This document shows positions 26,769-37,989 of a stretch of DNA of 46,741 nucleotides, in pieces. A program made the translations under genes and the position numbers. This DNA comes from Hyphomicrobiales bacterium (lineage in GTDB: Bacteria; Pseudomonadota; Alphaproteobacteria; Rhizobiales; Aestuariivirgaceae), in contig JANNSP010000288.1 in assembly GCA_031402975.1 (NCBI GenBank), positions 1-46,741 of the forward strand, given 5' to 3'. Within the stretch, counting starts at the first letter, position 1. Each line of letters starts with the position of its first letter. The notes beneath the pieces were generated by a model. The model made no database searches. It saw only the letters and a list, made by a program, of their open reading frames with translations, and was not told where the DNA came from.

Positions 26769-27721
26769 AATATCGCGATCGGATTCCACGGCGAGCCGGT
26801 GGCGCCGGGCAAACGCAGCGGCAATCCCACCACCATGAATTCGAAACGCCCTTCCTCTTCACAGGCTCTTGCCAGGTCTTCAAGCTGCAGGCTGTCGGAT
26901 ACGCACATGCCCATCGCGGTGATCTGTAAGGGATGCACCGGATAGGGCATGCCGTCCACATTGCTCGGCACGGTTTCGCCGTCGCCGTCGGGAAGAAATG
27001 CGGCGATCTTGCGCTCACGCATCCACGGCACGGTATCGACTTGGAGCCCGGCTTTGCCTTCGCCCGCCGGGGGATAGTCGTTGCTCCAGGCGCCGAGCGC
27101 CAGTCTCCGTGCATGATGGCCGGTGCGGAATACCAGGATATCGCCCTCGCCCAGTTTCACGCCTTGCGCCTTTTCGATCGCCTCGAGTTCCTTGCGGGTC
27201 ACGGCGTCGCCCGGTTCGAGCCAGTCAACCTTGCGATGGCGCGCCGCGTCGAGCAAGACGCCCCGGCCGACGATGCCGTTGGAATAGGCGGCGATGCTGC
27301 CCCAGTCCGATCCACGCGACGTCAGCAGTGCTGCGTCCTTGCCGTTGTAAAGTTGGCCCCGATAGGCGACGTGGTTGAGGGCGTCGATATGGGTATGGCA
27401 GTCGCCATGGCTCGACATGCCGAGATAGCACATGCCGAAGGACAACCCGCTCTTGCTCACCGGAAGGTCGTGCATCAGCGACATGAGATGGACGGCGGGA
27501 TTGGGATTGTCGGGCCCCGCCTGCTTGTTGATGGGGATGGTCATCGACACCTGGCGGCCGGTGCGCACCAGCTTCGCAGCGGCCGCCACCTTGTCCGGCG
27601 TCAGGTAATTGAGAGTGCCGCGGTCGTCGTCCGGCCCCCAGCGGCCCCAGTTCTTCACCTGCTCGAACATCGCGTCGAAATCGGCGAGCGTCACCGGCGC
27701 CGCCGGGGTTCTCGTCTGCAT
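26765..27721 (-). CDS. Cyclase-family (kynurenine formamidase-like) metal-dependent hydrolase
   Basis: NWGRWGPDD.RGTLN, THIDALNH, GIVGRGVLLD, GDILVFRTG, GATGSP.NPIA. Start could be 27721, 27733 or 27772. Confidence 0.88.
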   Translation of the reverse strand: MQTRTPAAPVTLADFDAMFEQVKNWGRWGPDDDRGTLNYLTPDKVAAAAKLVRTGRQVSMTIPINKQAGPDNPNPAVHLMSLMHDLPVSKSGLSFGMCYLGMSSHGDCHTHIDALNHVAYRGQLYNGKDAALLTSRGSDWGSIAAYSNGIVGRGVLLDAARHRKVDWLEPGDAVTRKELEAIEKAQGVKLGEGDILVFRTGHHARRLALGAWSNDYPPAGEGKAGLQVDTVPWMRERKIAAFLPDGDGETVPSNVDGMPYPVHPLQITAMGMCVSDSLQLEDLARACEEEGRFEFMVVGLPLRLPGATGSPWNPIAIF

Positions 27722-27788
27722 GCTGCTCACCATCCTCTTCGCTTCGCTCAACTCGTCCCGTCTGCTTTCCATCCCAGGCGCGGGTATA

Positions 27789-30068
27789 CTATCGGTTGAT
27801 GTCGTAAGCCGCGATCGCCGCCAGATTGACGATGTCGGTGGTGGTGGCCGACATCGAGGCGATCTGCACCGGCTTGTCGAGACCCGTGAGGAGTGGTCCG
27901 ACGACAGTGACGCCGCCCAGCTGTTGCAGCATCTTGGTCGAAATCGACGCGGAGTGTGCGGCGGGCATCACCAGAACATTCGCCGTTCCCGTCAGGCGGC
28001 AGAAGGGATAGAGCGCCATGGCCTCGCGCGACAGCGCCACGTCGGCGCCCATCTCGCCGTCATATTCGAAATCGGCATGCCGCCGGTCGAGCACGGCAAC
28101 CGCGTTCCTGACATAAACCGAGCGCTCGCCGCGCGGATAGCCGAAGGTCGAATAGGACAGGAACGCCACGCGGGGCTCATAGCCAAAGCGCCGCGCCACG
28201 CCCGCCGCCTCCTGCGCGATGTCGGCCAATTCCTCGGCCGAGGGAAGTTCATGGATCGAGGTATCGGCGATGAACACGGTGCGGCCGCGCACCAGCGCCA
28301 TGGAGACGCCGATCGGGCGATGACCGGGGCGGTTGTCGATGGCGCGCCGCACATTGTCGAGCGCCACCGAGAAATTGCGGGTGAGGCCGGTGACCAGCGC
28401 ATCCGCGTCGCCCAGCGCCACCATGCAGGCGGCGAACACGTTGCGGTCCTGGTTCGCCAGGCGCTGGCAGTCGCGGAACAGAAAGCCGTCGCGCTGCAGG
28501 CGTTCGTAAAGATAGTTCGCATAGTCGAGATTGCGTTCGGAAATCCGCGCGTTGAGGATTTCGACGTTTTCGTTGAGTTCGAGCCCGCTGCTCGCGAGGG
28601 TTTTTTCGATTTCCGTCTCGCGGCCGATCAGGATGGCATGGCCAAGCCCGGCGCTGGCAAAACTGTTGGCGGCGCGGATCATGCGATCCTCTTCGCCTTC
28701 GGCGAACACCACCCGCTTGGGATTTACGCGGACCTGCTCGAAGACGCTTTGCAGGGTACCGGCGATGGGGTCGAGACGGGCCGACAATTCCGCCGCGTAG
28801 GCGTCGAGATCGGCGATGTGCTTGCGTGCGACACCGGTTTCCATCGCGGCTTTCGCCACGGCGACCGGGATCGTCGCAATGAGGCGGGGATCGAACGGCA
28901 CCGGGATCATGTAGTCGGGTCCGAAGGTGAGGCGCGAACCGTGATAGGCGGCCGCCACCTCGTCCGGCACATCTTCCCGCGCCAGTTTGGCCAGCGCCTG
29001 CGCTGCGGCGATCTTCATCTCCTCATTGATCGTCCGGGCGCGGACATCGAGGGCGCCCCGGAAGATATAGGGAAAGCCCAGGACGTTGTTGATCTGGTTC
29101 GGATAGTCGGAGCGCCCGGTCGCCATGATGGCATCCGAGCGGACCTTCGCCACATCCTCAGGAGATATTTCCGGATCGGGATTGGCCATGGCGAAGATGA
29201 TCGGATTCTTGGCCATGCTCTTGACCATGGCGGGTGACAAGGCGCCGGCGATCGATAGGCCGAAGAACACGTCGGCGCCCTCCATGGCGTCGGCCAGGGT
29301 GCGGGCTTTCGTCTCGACCGCGTGCGCCGATTTCCACTGGTTCATGCCTTCGGTGCGGCCCTTGTAAACCACACCCTTGCTGTCGGCCAGGATGACGTTG
29401 TGGTTGGGAACGCCCAGTGATTTCACCAGTTCGACGCAGGCGATCGCCGCCGCTCCAGCACCATTGCACACGAGCTTAAATGTTTTGATGTCGCGCTTGG
29501 TGAGGAAAAGCGCATTGATGAGGCCGGCGGTGGCGATGATGGCGGTGCCGTGCTGGTCGTCATGGAACACCGGGATATCAATGAGCTCGCGCAGGCGCTG
29601 TTCGATGATGAAACAGTCGGGCGCCCTTATATCCTCGAGATTGATGCCGCCGAAGGAGGGACCGAGATAGCGCACCGCGCCGATGAATTCGTCGACATCC
29701 TTGGTATCGACTTCGAGATCGATCGAATCGACATCGGCGAAGCGCTTGAACAACACCGCCTTGCCTTCCATCACCGGCTTCGCGGCGAGCGCGCCGAGAT
29801 CGCCGAGGCCCAGGATAGCGGTGCCGTTGGTGATCACGGCGACGAGATTTCCCTTGGTGGTATAGTCATAGGCGGTGTCGGGATTTTCGGCGATCCGCCG
29901 CACCGGCACGGCCACGCCCGGACTGTAGGCCAGCGACAGATCGCGCTGGGTTGCCATGGGCTTGGTCGGATTGATTTCGAGCTTGCCGGGCTTCCCCATC
30001 TGGTGGAATTGCAGCGCTTCCTCGTCGGTGAAAGTCGGCCGCTTGCCGGGTTTCTTGTCCGCGCTCAT
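27789..30068 (-). CDS. maeB: Malic enzyme with C-terminal phosphotransacetylase-like domain
   Basis: [42 protein letters not shown]; PTA-like VVFAEGE and DGEM. Confidence 0.95.
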   Translation of the reverse strand: MSADKKPGKRPTFTDEEALQFHQMGKPGKLEINPTKPMATQRDLSLAYSPGVAVPVRRIAENPDTAYDYTTKGNLVAVITNGTAILGLGDLGALAAKPVMEGKAVLFKRFADVDSIDLEVDTKDVDEFIGAVRYLGPSFGGINLEDIRAPDCFIIEQRLRELIDIPVFHDDQHGTAIIATAGLINALFLTKRDIKTFKLVCNGAGAAAIACVELVKSLGVPNHNVILADSKGVVYKGRTEGMNQWKSAHAVETKARTLADAMEGADVFFGLSIAGALSPAMVKSMAKNPIIFAMANPDPEISPEDVAKVRSDAIMATGRSDYPNQINNVLGFPYIFRGALDVRARTINEEMKIAAAQALAKLAREDVPDEVAAAYHGSRLTFGPDYMIPVPFDPRLIATIPVAVAKAAMETGVARKHIADLDAYAAELSARLDPIAGTLQSVFEQVRVNPKRVVFAEGEEDRMIRAANSFASAGLGHAILIGRETEIEKTLASSGLELNENVEILNARISERNLDYANYLYERLQRDGFLFRDCQRLANQDRNVFAACMVALGDADALVTGLTRNFSVALDNVRRAIDNRPGHRPIGVSMALVRGRTVFIADTSIHELPSAEELADIAQEAAGVARRFGYEPRVAFLSYSTFGYPRGERSVYVRNAVAVLDRRHADFEYDGEMGADVALSREAMALYPFCRLTGTANVLVMPAAHSASISTKMLQQLGGVTVVGPLLTGLDKPVQIASMSATTTDIVNLAAIAAYDINR

Positions 30069-30183
30069 GAAATTTCATCCCATCCCTGATCGATTGAGCC
30101 TAGACACTGAGGCCGCAATTCTCAAGGCTCATGATTTCCGGCGTGCTTGTGAAAGTTCTGCGGTTTCCTGCTATGCAGGGCCG

Positions 30184-32871
30184 ATGAATGATGTCGCCGC
30201 AATTCTGCCAGCCGCGCCGGCGCGGGCGACCCCCGTGATGGCGCAGTATCTCGACATCAAGGCAGCGCATCCGGGTTCTCTCCTGTTTTATCGCATGGGC
30301 GATTTTTACGAGTTGTTCTTCGACGACGCGGTCGCCGCCGCCGGCATTCTGGGGATCGCTCTCACCCGGCGCGGCAAGCATCTGGGCGAGGATATTCCGA
30401 TGTGCGGCGTGCCGGTTCACGCCGCCGACGGCTATCTGCAGAAACTCATCCGCCACGGCCAGCGTGTCGCGGTTTGCGAGCAGCTCGAGGACGCAGCCGA
30501 ATCCCGCAAGCGCGGCGCCAAAGCGGTGTTGCGGCGCGACGTGGTTCGCTTGGTTACGCCCGGCACGCTGACCGAGGAGTCGCTGCTTGATTCCGGCGCC
30601 CACAATTATCTGGCGGCCTTCGCCCGGGTGAAGGGTGCCAACGAATACGCGCTGGCCTGGGCCGACATTTCATCCGGCGATCTGGCCGTGATGGAGACGA
30701 CACCGCTCAGGCTCTCCGCCGATCTCGCCCGCCTCGCTCCCCGCGAAATCCTGGTTGCCGATTCAATTCTCGCCGAACCGGACCTGGCACGAGCGCTCGA
30801 TGAGTGTGGCGCCGCCATCACGCCGCTGCCACCGGGACGCTTCGACAGCACGGCAGGCGAGCGCCGGGTCGCGGACCATTTCGGTGTCAAGGCGCTGGAT
30901 GGTTTTGGCGCCTTCACCCGAGCCGAGATCGCCGGCCTCGGCGGACTTCTCGACTATATCCTTCTCACCCAGGCGGGACAGGTGCCGCATCTCCGGCCGC
31001 CCCGGCGCGAGAATGCCCAGTCCGGCCTGCTCATCGACGCGGCCACCCGGGCCAATCTCGAATTGAGCCGGACGCTCGCCGGCGACAAGCGTGGCAGCCT
31101 GCATTCGGTCATCGACCTGACGGTGACGGCGGGAGGCGCGAGGCTCCTGGGAGAGCGGCTGGCCAATCCCCTCGCCGTCTGTGATGAGATCGAGGATCGG
31201 CTCGACAGCGTGGCCTTTTTCGTCGACGCGCCAACGCTCCGTGATAGCCTGCGCAAATTGCTGAAGGCATTCCCCGATATCGAGCGCGCGCTCGGCCGCG
31301 TTTCGGTCGGGCGGGGCGGGCCGCGCGATCTGGCCTCGATCCGCGACGGGCTGACATCCGCCCAATCACTCGCGGCGGCCCTTGCAGGCGATGCCGGACT
31401 CGCGGCGCTGCCTGCCGAAATCGGACTTGCGCGCCAGGCGTTGGCGGCGATTCCCTCAGCCCTTCATCGCGCGCTCATCGATACTCTGGGCGATGATCTG
31501 CCACTCAGCGCCCGCGATGGGGGATTCGCGCGGCCGGGATTTTCAGCTGAGCTCGATGAGGCGCGCCGGCTTCGCGACGACACGCGCCAGGTCATTGCGT
31601 CGCTGCAGGGCAAGTACACCGAAGCCACCGGCATCAAATCGCTCAAGGTCCGCCACAACAACATTCTCGGCTATTACATCGAAGTCAGCGCCCAGAACGC
31701 GCCTGCCCTGCAGCAGGCGCGGGAGATATATTTTCATCGCCAGACCGTGGCCAATGCCATGCGCTTTTCTTCAGCCGAACTGGGCTTGCTGGAACAGCGG
31801 ATTTCGGCGGCGGGGGACAAGGCCCTTGCCCTGGAACTCGGGATTTTCGACCAGCTTACTGCGTCGGTTATTGCCGAACGCGATACTCTTTCACGCATCG
31901 CCGCGGCCGTATCGGTCATCGATGTCTCGTCCGCGCTCGCCGAACTAGCCATGCGCCGCCGCTATGTGCGCCCCATGGTCGACGGATCCACCGCTTTCGA
32001 CATCAGGGCCGGGCGCCATCCCGTGGTCGAGGCCATGCTGGAACAGCGGGCCGACAGCCCCTTCATCGCCAATGACTGCAACCTGTCGGAAGGCGACAAG
32101 CGGCTGTGGCTGGTGACCGGACCGAACATGGCGGGCAAATCGACCTTTCTCCGCCAGAACGCATTGATCGTCATCCTGGCCCAGATGGGATCTTTCGTCC
32201 CCGCGCGTTCCGCCCATGTGGGCGTGGTGGACCGGCTGTTCAGCCGGGTGGGTGCTGCCGACGATCTGGCGCGGGGGCGCTCCACCTTCATGGTCGAGAT
32301 GGTCGAGACGGCGGCGATCCTCAACCAGGCGACGCCCCGGTCCTTCGTCATCCTCGACGAAATCGGGCGCGGCACCGCGACCTTCGACGGGCTTTCCATC
32401 GCCTGGGCCAGCGTCGAGCATCTGCACGAGACCAACCGCAGCCGGGCACTGTTCGCCACCCACTATCACGAGCTGACGGCACTCGCCGCGAGGCTCAGGC
32501 ATCTCGGCAATGTCACGATCAAAGTGCGCGAATGGCGGGGCGACGTGGTGTTCCTGCACGAGGTCGTGGCGGGAGCGGCGGACCGCTCGTATGGAATTCA
32601 GGTGGCAAAGCTCGCGGGTCTGCCGGCTCCAGTCACGTCGCGCGCCGCCGAGGTCTTGAAACTTCTGGAACAGAGCGATCAGTCGGCGGCCCGCCTGGCG
32701 CTGGTTGACGATCTGCCGCTGTTTTCCGCCGCCCGGCCAGCGTCCCTGACCCACACGGCCCACAGTGCGGTCGAACAGAAACTTGCCGCAATCGACCCCG
32801 ATGAGCTCACTCCGCGCGACGCCCTTGCCCTTGTCTATGAACTCAAAGCCGGCTTGCCAAAAACCTCATGA
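30184..32871 (+). CDS. mutS: DNA mismatch repair protein MutS
   Basis: TPVMAQY, GDFYELF, TGPNMAGKST, STFMVEM, DEIGRGT, SYGIQVA. Confidence 0.97.
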   Translation: MNDVAAILPAAPARATPVMAQYLDIKAAHPGSLLFYRMGDFYELFFDDAVAAAGILGIALTRRGKHLGEDIPMCGVPVHAADGYLQKLIRHGQRVAVCEQLEDAAESRKRGAKAVLRRDVVRLVTPGTLTEESLLDSGAHNYLAAFARVKGANEYALAWADISSGDLAVMETTPLRLSADLARLAPREILVADSILAEPDLARALDECGAAITPLPPGRFDSTAGERRVADHFGVKALDGFGAFTRAEIAGLGGLLDYILLTQAGQVPHLRPPRRENAQSGLLIDAATRANLELSRTLAGDKRGSLHSVIDLTVTAGGARLLGERLANPLAVCDEIEDRLDSVAFFVDAPTLRDSLRKLLKAFPDIERALGRVSVGRGGPRDLASIRDGLTSAQSLAAALAGDAGLAALPAEIGLARQALAAIPSALHRALIDTLGDDLPLSARDGGFARPGFSAELDEARRLRDDTRQVIASLQGKYTEATGIKSLKVRHNNILGYYIEVSAQNAPALQQAREIYFHRQTVANAMRFSSAELGLLEQRISAAGDKALALELGIFDQLTASVIAERDTLSRIAAAVSVIDVSSALAELAMRRRYVRPMVDGSTAFDIRAGRHPVVEAMLEQRADSPFIANDCNLSEGDKRLWLVTGPNMAGKSTFLRQNALIVILAQMGSFVPARSAHVGVVDRLFSRVGAADDLARGRSTFMVEMVETAAILNQATPRSFVILDEIGRGTATFDGLSIAWASVEHLHETNRSRALFATHYHELTALAARLRHLGNVTIKVREWRGDVVFLHEVVAGAADRSYGIQVAKLAGLPAPVTSRAAEVLKLLEQSDQSAARLALVDDLPLFSAARPASLTHTAHSAVEQKLAAIDPDELTPRDALALVYELKAGLPKTS

Positions 32872-35618
32872 CCACCATCGTGGACTCCGGACATCTGATC
32901 GACGTCAAATCGCTGCAGGAGCGGCTCGATCAGTTGATCGCCGTTCCGGGAGCGTCGCCGGCCAAACTCCGTCCCGCCATTGTCGAGATTTTGAAGGAGG
33001 TTCTGCAGAAATCCCGCGACGAATGCGAGCGGCGTCTGCTGGCCGATGGCCATGGCACGAGATGCGCCGAAAATCTCAGCTTCGTCGAGGATGCCATTAT
33101 CCGGACGCTGTTCGTCATGGCGCTCCGGTTGTTTGGCGCGACGCCCGGCCAGCTCGCGGTCATCGCGGTCGGAGGCTATGGCCGGGGAACGCTGGCGCCC
33201 GGCTCCGATATCGATCTGCTCTTCCTGTTGCCGTCGAAACAGACGCCAACCCAGCAAAGGATCGTCGAATTTATCCTCTATATTCTCTGGGACATGCGCC
33301 AGAAGGTCGGTCACGCGTCGCGCGGCGTCGATGAATGCATCAGGTTGGCCAAGACCGACCTGACCATCCTGACGGCGATCCTCGAGGCTCGCTTCATCTG
33401 CGGCGAACAACACCTTTACGATGGCCTGGTGACGCAGTTCCGCAAATCCATCGTCGCGTCGGGCGCCCGCGATTTCGTGGCGGGGAAACTCGCCGAACGC
33501 GATCTCAGGCATCGCAAGGCGGGCGAAAGCCGCTATCTGGTCGAGCCCGACGTCAAGGACGGCAAGGGCGGTCTCCGCGATCTCCACACGCTGTTCTGGA
33601 TCGCCAAGTTTCTTTACGCCACCAATTCGCCGGACGAACTCGCGGTCAAGGGCGCCTTCACCCGCGACGAACTCGCGACCTTCAAGAAATCCGAGGATTT
33701 TCTCTGGGCGGTGCGCTGCCATCTGCATTTCATTTCGAAGCGCGGCGAAGACCGTCTGAGTTTCGACCGCCAGTCGGAACTGGCCGAGCGGCTGGGCTAC
33801 AAGGCCCATGGCGGGCTGAAACATGTCGAGCGCTTCATGAAGCACTATTTCCTGACCGCCAAGGACGTGGGCGACCTGACCCGGATTTTCTGCGCCAGCC
33901 TCGAAGCAAGCCAGGTGAAAGATGCGCCCGCGCTCCGCCGCCTGCTCGGCCGGTTTCGGCCGCGATCGTCCGGCGCGATCAAGGGCTCAACCGATTTCCG
34001 CCTGGAGTCGGGCCGCGTGGCGCTCACCGCCGCCGATGTTTTCGACCGCGATCCGGTCAATCTCATCCGCCTCTTCGCGGTCGCCGCCAGGCAATCGGCC
34101 AGCATCCACCCGGATGCGCTGAAGCAGGTCCGCAAATCCCTCAATCTCATCAAGAAGGCCGTGCGCAACGATCCGGAAGCAAATGCCCTGTTCCTCGAGA
34201 TGCTGGCCTCCGGTCCCAATTCGGAATCGATCCTGCGCAAGATGAACGAGGCGGGCGTACTCGGACGGTTCATTCCGGATTTCGGCAAGATCGTCGCGAT
34301 GATGCAGTTCAGCATGTACCATCATTATACCGTCGATGAGCATCTGATCCGCGCCGTCGGAATTCTGGCGGCGATCGAAAGCGGCGAACTCAGCGGCGAC
34401 CATCCGTTGTCGGCGTCCATCATCCCGACACTCACCAGCCGCCGCGCCCTCTATGTCGCGGTTTTTCTCCATGACATCGCCAAGGGCCGGTCCGAGGATC
34501 ATTCGCTTGCGGGGGAAAAGATCGCTCTCGCCGTGTGCCCCAGGCTGGGATTGTCGCCGAGTGAAACCGAAACCGTGGCCTGGCTGATCCGCTATCATCT
34601 GCTGATGAGCGAAACAGCACAGATGCGCGACCTCAACGATTTCAAGACCATTCTCGACTTCACCGCCATCGTGCAAAGCCCGGAACGCCTCAAGCTTTTG
34701 TTAATTCTCACCGTGGCGGATATTCGCGCCGTCGGTCCCGGCGTGTGGAACGGCTGGAAAGGGCAGTTGCTGCGGACGCTTTATTCCGAGGCCGAGCCGA
34801 TCCTGTCGGGCGGCCATACCGGCGCCAGCCGCAAGGAGCGCGTGGCCGAGGCGCAGATGCGATTCTTCAGCCGCTTTCCGCAATGGGACGAACAGCGGAA
34901 ATCGTCCTATGCCGCCCGCCATTACGACGCCTATTGGCTGACCACCACGCTCGACAATCAGGTCAAGCACGAGGCTCTCATGGCGCGGGCAGGCGCGCGC
35001 GACGTGCTGACCGAAGTCGAGACCGATGCCTTCACGGCGATTACCGAGATCGTCATCTACGCGCCCGACCATCCCCGCCTTCTGGCGCTGATCACCGGCG
35101 CCTGCGCCGCGGCCGGCGCCAATATCGCAGGCGCCCAGGTCTTCACCACGGCCGGCGGAATGGCGCTCGACACCATCCTTATCCAGCGCGAGTTCAGCGA
35201 GGAAGGCGATGAGAAGCGCCGGGCCGAGCGGATCGCCGAACTGATCCGCCAGGCCCTTCGCGGCGATGTCTGGCTGAAGGAAGCGGTGGCTCGCGCCTAC
35301 AAGCCGCAGACCCGGCTCAAGGCTTTCACCGTCGAGCCCCGCGTCATCATCGACAATACGTCGTCCAACCGCTTCACCGTGATCGAGATCAACGGCCTCG
35401 ACCGCATCGGCTTGCTCTATGACCTGACCGAGGCGCTGTACCGCCTCAATCTCAACATCGCCTCGGCTCACATCACGACCTTTGGCGAAAAGGCGATCGA
35501 CGTCTTCTACGTTACTGACCTCACCGGCGGAAAAATCGAAAGTGCGGGCCGACACCGGCAGATCACCGGGGCGTTGACCACCATCCTCGCGCCGGCGCAA
35601 GTGGCGATTCCAGCCTGA
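32868..35618 (+). CDS. glnD: Bifunctional PII uridylyltransferase/uridylyl-removing enzyme
   Basis: AVGGYGRG.LAPGSDIDL, GGLRD, YHHYTVDEH, LHDIAKG (HD), two ACT domains (DHPRLL, DRIGLL). Confidence 0.97.
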   Translation: MTTIVDSGHLIDVKSLQERLDQLIAVPGASPAKLRPAIVEILKEVLQKSRDECERRLLADGHGTRCAENLSFVEDAIIRTLFVMALRLFGATPGQLAVIAVGGYGRGTLAPGSDIDLLFLLPSKQTPTQQRIVEFILYILWDMRQKVGHASRGVDECIRLAKTDLTILTAILEARFICGEQHLYDGLVTQFRKSIVASGARDFVAGKLAERDLRHRKAGESRYLVEPDVKDGKGGLRDLHTLFWIAKFLYATNSPDELAVKGAFTRDELATFKKSEDFLWAVRCHLHFISKRGEDRLSFDRQSELAERLGYKAHGGLKHVERFMKHYFLTAKDVGDLTRIFCASLEASQVKDAPALRRLLGRFRPRSSGAIKGSTDFRLESGRVALTAADVFDRDPVNLIRLFAVAARQSASIHPDALKQVRKSLNLIKKAVRNDPEANALFLEMLASGPNSESILRKMNEAGVLGRFIPDFGKIVAMMQFSMYHHYTVDEHLIRAVGILAAIESGELSGDHPLSASIIPTLTSRRALYVAVFLHDIAKGRSEDHSLAGEKIALAVCPRLGLSPSETETVAWLIRYHLLMSETAQMRDLNDFKTILDFTAIVQSPERLKLLLILTVADIRAVGPGVWNGWKGQLLRTLYSEAEPILSGGHTGASRKERVAEAQMRFFSRFPQWDEQRKSSYAARHYDAYWLTTTLDNQVKHEALMARAGARDVLTEVETDAFTAITEIVIYAPDHPRLLALITGACAAAGANIAGAQVFTTAGGMALDTILIQREFSEEGDEKRRAERIAELIRQALRGDVWLKEAVARAYKPQTRLKAFTVEPRVIIDNTSSNRFTVIEINGLDRIGLLYDLTEALYRLNLNIASAHITTFGEKAIDVFYVTDLTGGKIESAGRHRQITGALTTILAPAQVAIPA

Positions 35619-35632
35619 ACGAAAGAACCAGC

Positions 35633-37189
35633 ATGTCCCTTCTGAAATCGGCGGCGACCGTCGGCGGCCTGACCATGGTGAGCCGCTTGCTGGGTTTCGT
35701 GCGCGACATCATGATCGCTTCGGTGCTGGGCTCGGGCCCGGTGGCCGAAGCCTTCGTGGTGGCGTTCCGGTTTCCCAATCTGTTCCGCCGGCTGTTCGGC
35801 GAGGGCGCCTTCAACTCCGCCTTCGTGCCGCTTTTCGCCAAGCGCATGGAGGGCGAAGGCGCCGAATCGGCCCGCCGGTTCGCCGAGAGCGTGTTCAGCG
35901 GCCTGCTGTTCATTCTACTGATCGTGCTGGCCGTGGCGGAAGTCGGCATGGGCCTGTGGATGATGGTTTATGTGCATGGCTTCGCCGACGATCCGGCCAA
36001 ATTCGATCTGGCGGTGCTGCTGACCCGCATCGCCTTTCCCTATCTGGTGTTCATGTCTCTCGTGGCGCTTCTCGGGGGAGTGCTCAATTCTCTGCAGCGT
36101 TTCTGGGCCGCGGCCGCCGCTCCCATCCTGCTCAATATCATTCTCATCGCGGTCTTGCTTTTCATCGTGGCGGCCGACACCGGCAACACGCCGCTGACCG
36201 GACAGTTGCTGGCCTGGGGCGTGTGTTTCGCTGGCCTGGCGCAGTTTCTGATGTTGTGGATCGCCTGCCGGAACGCGGGCATGAAACTCGTCCCCCGCCG
36301 GCCGCGCTGGACCCCCGGCATTCGACGTCTTGTCGTTCTCGGCGTTCCGGGCATCATCGCGGGCGGCATCGCGCAGATCAATCTGTTCCTCTCCACCATG
36401 TTCGCCTCGCCCCAGGAAGGCGCCAATGCCTGGCTCTACTATGCCGACCGCATCTACCAGCTTCCGCTTGGCATCGTCGGCGTGGCGATCGGCGTGGTGC
36501 TGCTGCCCGATCTGTCGCGAAAGCTCAGGGCGGGCGACAATGTTGGCGTTGACCGGAGCCAGAACCGCGCGCTCGAATTCTCGATGCTGATCACGTTGCC
36601 TGCCGCCGTCGGCCTTCTGGTCATGCCCTATCCGATCATCCAGGTTCTGTTCGAGCGCGGCGCCTTCGCCGCATCCGATACCCAGGCGACGGCTGCGGCG
36701 CTCGCGGCCTTCGCCGTCGGCCTTCCGGCTTTTGTGCTCACCAAGATCTTCTCGCCCGGCTTTTTCGCCCGCGAGGACACCAAGACTCCGATGTATTTCG
36801 CCTTGACCGGGGTCGGCCTCAACATCCTCGGAGCCATACTTCTCTTTCCGTACATGGGTCATGTCGGCATTGCGCTGGCCACGACAATTGCCTCGTGGGT
36901 CAATGTCCTGCTGCTGGGCTTCACGCTTCGCGCCCGTGGCCATTTCACCGCCGACCGGCAGCTCACTCGGAATATCCTGCGCATCGTTCTGGCGAGCCTG
37001 GTCATGGGAGCGGTGCTGGCGGGGCTCGAATATCTCTTCCTCGGCTGGTTCAGCCGCGAGACCACCTTTCTGGTCCGTCTCGCGGTGATGGCGGGCATGA
37101 TAGGGGTGGGAGCAATCGTGTATTTCAGCCTCGCATGGGCAACGGGCGCTCTCCGGGTTTCAGACTTTCAGCGGATGGTCCGGCGCTGA
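35633..37189 (+). CDS. murJ: Lipid II flippase MurJ (MviN)
   Basis: SRLLGFVRD, FRFPNLFRRLFGEGAF, YADRIYQLPLG, FFAREDTKTP. Confidence 0.97.
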   Translation: MSLLKSAATVGGLTMVSRLLGFVRDIMIASVLGSGPVAEAFVVAFRFPNLFRRLFGEGAFNSAFVPLFAKRMEGEGAESARRFAESVFSGLLFILLIVLAVAEVGMGLWMMVYVHGFADDPAKFDLAVLLTRIAFPYLVFMSLVALLGGVLNSLQRFWAAAAAPILLNIILIAVLLFIVAADTGNTPLTGQLLAWGVCFAGLAQFLMLWIACRNAGMKLVPRRPRWTPGIRRLVVLGVPGIIAGGIAQINLFLSTMFASPQEGANAWLYYADRIYQLPLGIVGVAIGVVLLPDLSRKLRAGDNVGVDRSQNRALEFSMLITLPAAVGLLVMPYPIIQVLFERGAFAASDTQATAAALAAFAVGLPAFVLTKIFSPGFFAREDTKTPMYFALTGVGLNILGAILLFPYMGHVGIALATTIASWVNVLLLGFTLRARGHFTADRQLTRNILRIVLASLVMGAVLAGLEYLFLGWFSRETTFLVRLAVMAGMIGVGAIVYFSLAWATGALRVSDFQRMVRR

Positions 37190-37224
37190 TGGAATTTGCC
37201 TTCTGCTTCGTCTAGAACAGCCCA

Positions 37225-37989
37225 ATGAGCACCAATGACGAGAAAGGCACGGCCTTCGGCTATCGCACCGTCGGCGAAAGCGAGAAGCAGGGCCTGGTCA
37301 ACGAGGTGTTCGCCAAGGCCGCGCAGCGCTACGACCAGATGAACGACCTGATGTCGGCGGGGCTGCATCGTCTGTGGAAGGACGATTTCGTTTCGATGCT
37401 CAATCCGCCGAAATCCGCTGCTCCCTTCCATGTCGTCGATGTGGCGGGCGGCACGGGCGACATCGCGTTCCGCATTGCCAAAGTGTCGGGGCCGGGAACC
37501 CGCGTCACGCTGGCCGACATTTCGCCGGACATGGTGACCGAGGGCGCCAAGCGGGCGGCGCGGGAAGACCCCTATGCCCGCTGCCGCTTCACCGTCGGCA
37601 ACGCCGAAACGCTGCCGTTTCCCGACAGGACATTCGACGCCTACACGATCGCCTTCGGTATCCGCAATGTCACCCGGATCGAGGCGGCACTTGCCGAAGC
37701 CTTCAGGGTGCTGAAGCCGGGCGGGCATTTCCTGTGCCTTGAGTTTTCCCATGTCGATGTGCCGATCCTGAGCGATCTCTATGATGCCTATTCGTTCACC
37801 GCCATTCCAGCCGTCGGCAAGGTGGTGACCGGCGACGGGCAGCCCTATCGCTATCTGGTCGAAAGCATCCGCATGTTTCCGCGTCAGGAGGAATTCAAGG
37901 CGATGATCGAAGCGGCGGGATTTGCCAGCACCACCTATCGCAACCTGACCGGCGGGGTCGCGGCGATCCATTCCGGCTGGCGCATCTGA
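37225..37989 (+). CDS. ubiE: Ubiquinone/menaquinone C-methyltransferase
   Basis: [39 protein letters not shown]. Confidence 0.96.
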   Translation: MSTNDEKGTAFGYRTVGESEKQGLVNEVFAKAAQRYDQMNDLMSAGLHRLWKDDFVSMLNPPKSAAPFHVVDVAGGTGDIAFRIAKVSGPGTRVTLADISPDMVTEGAKRAAREDPYARCRFTVGNAETLPFPDRTFDAYTIAFGIRNVTRIEAALAEAFRVLKPGGHFLCLEFSHVDVPILSDLYDAYSFTAIPAVGKVVTGDGQPYRYLVESIRMFPRQEEFKAMIEAAGFASTTYRNLTGGVAAIHSGWRI

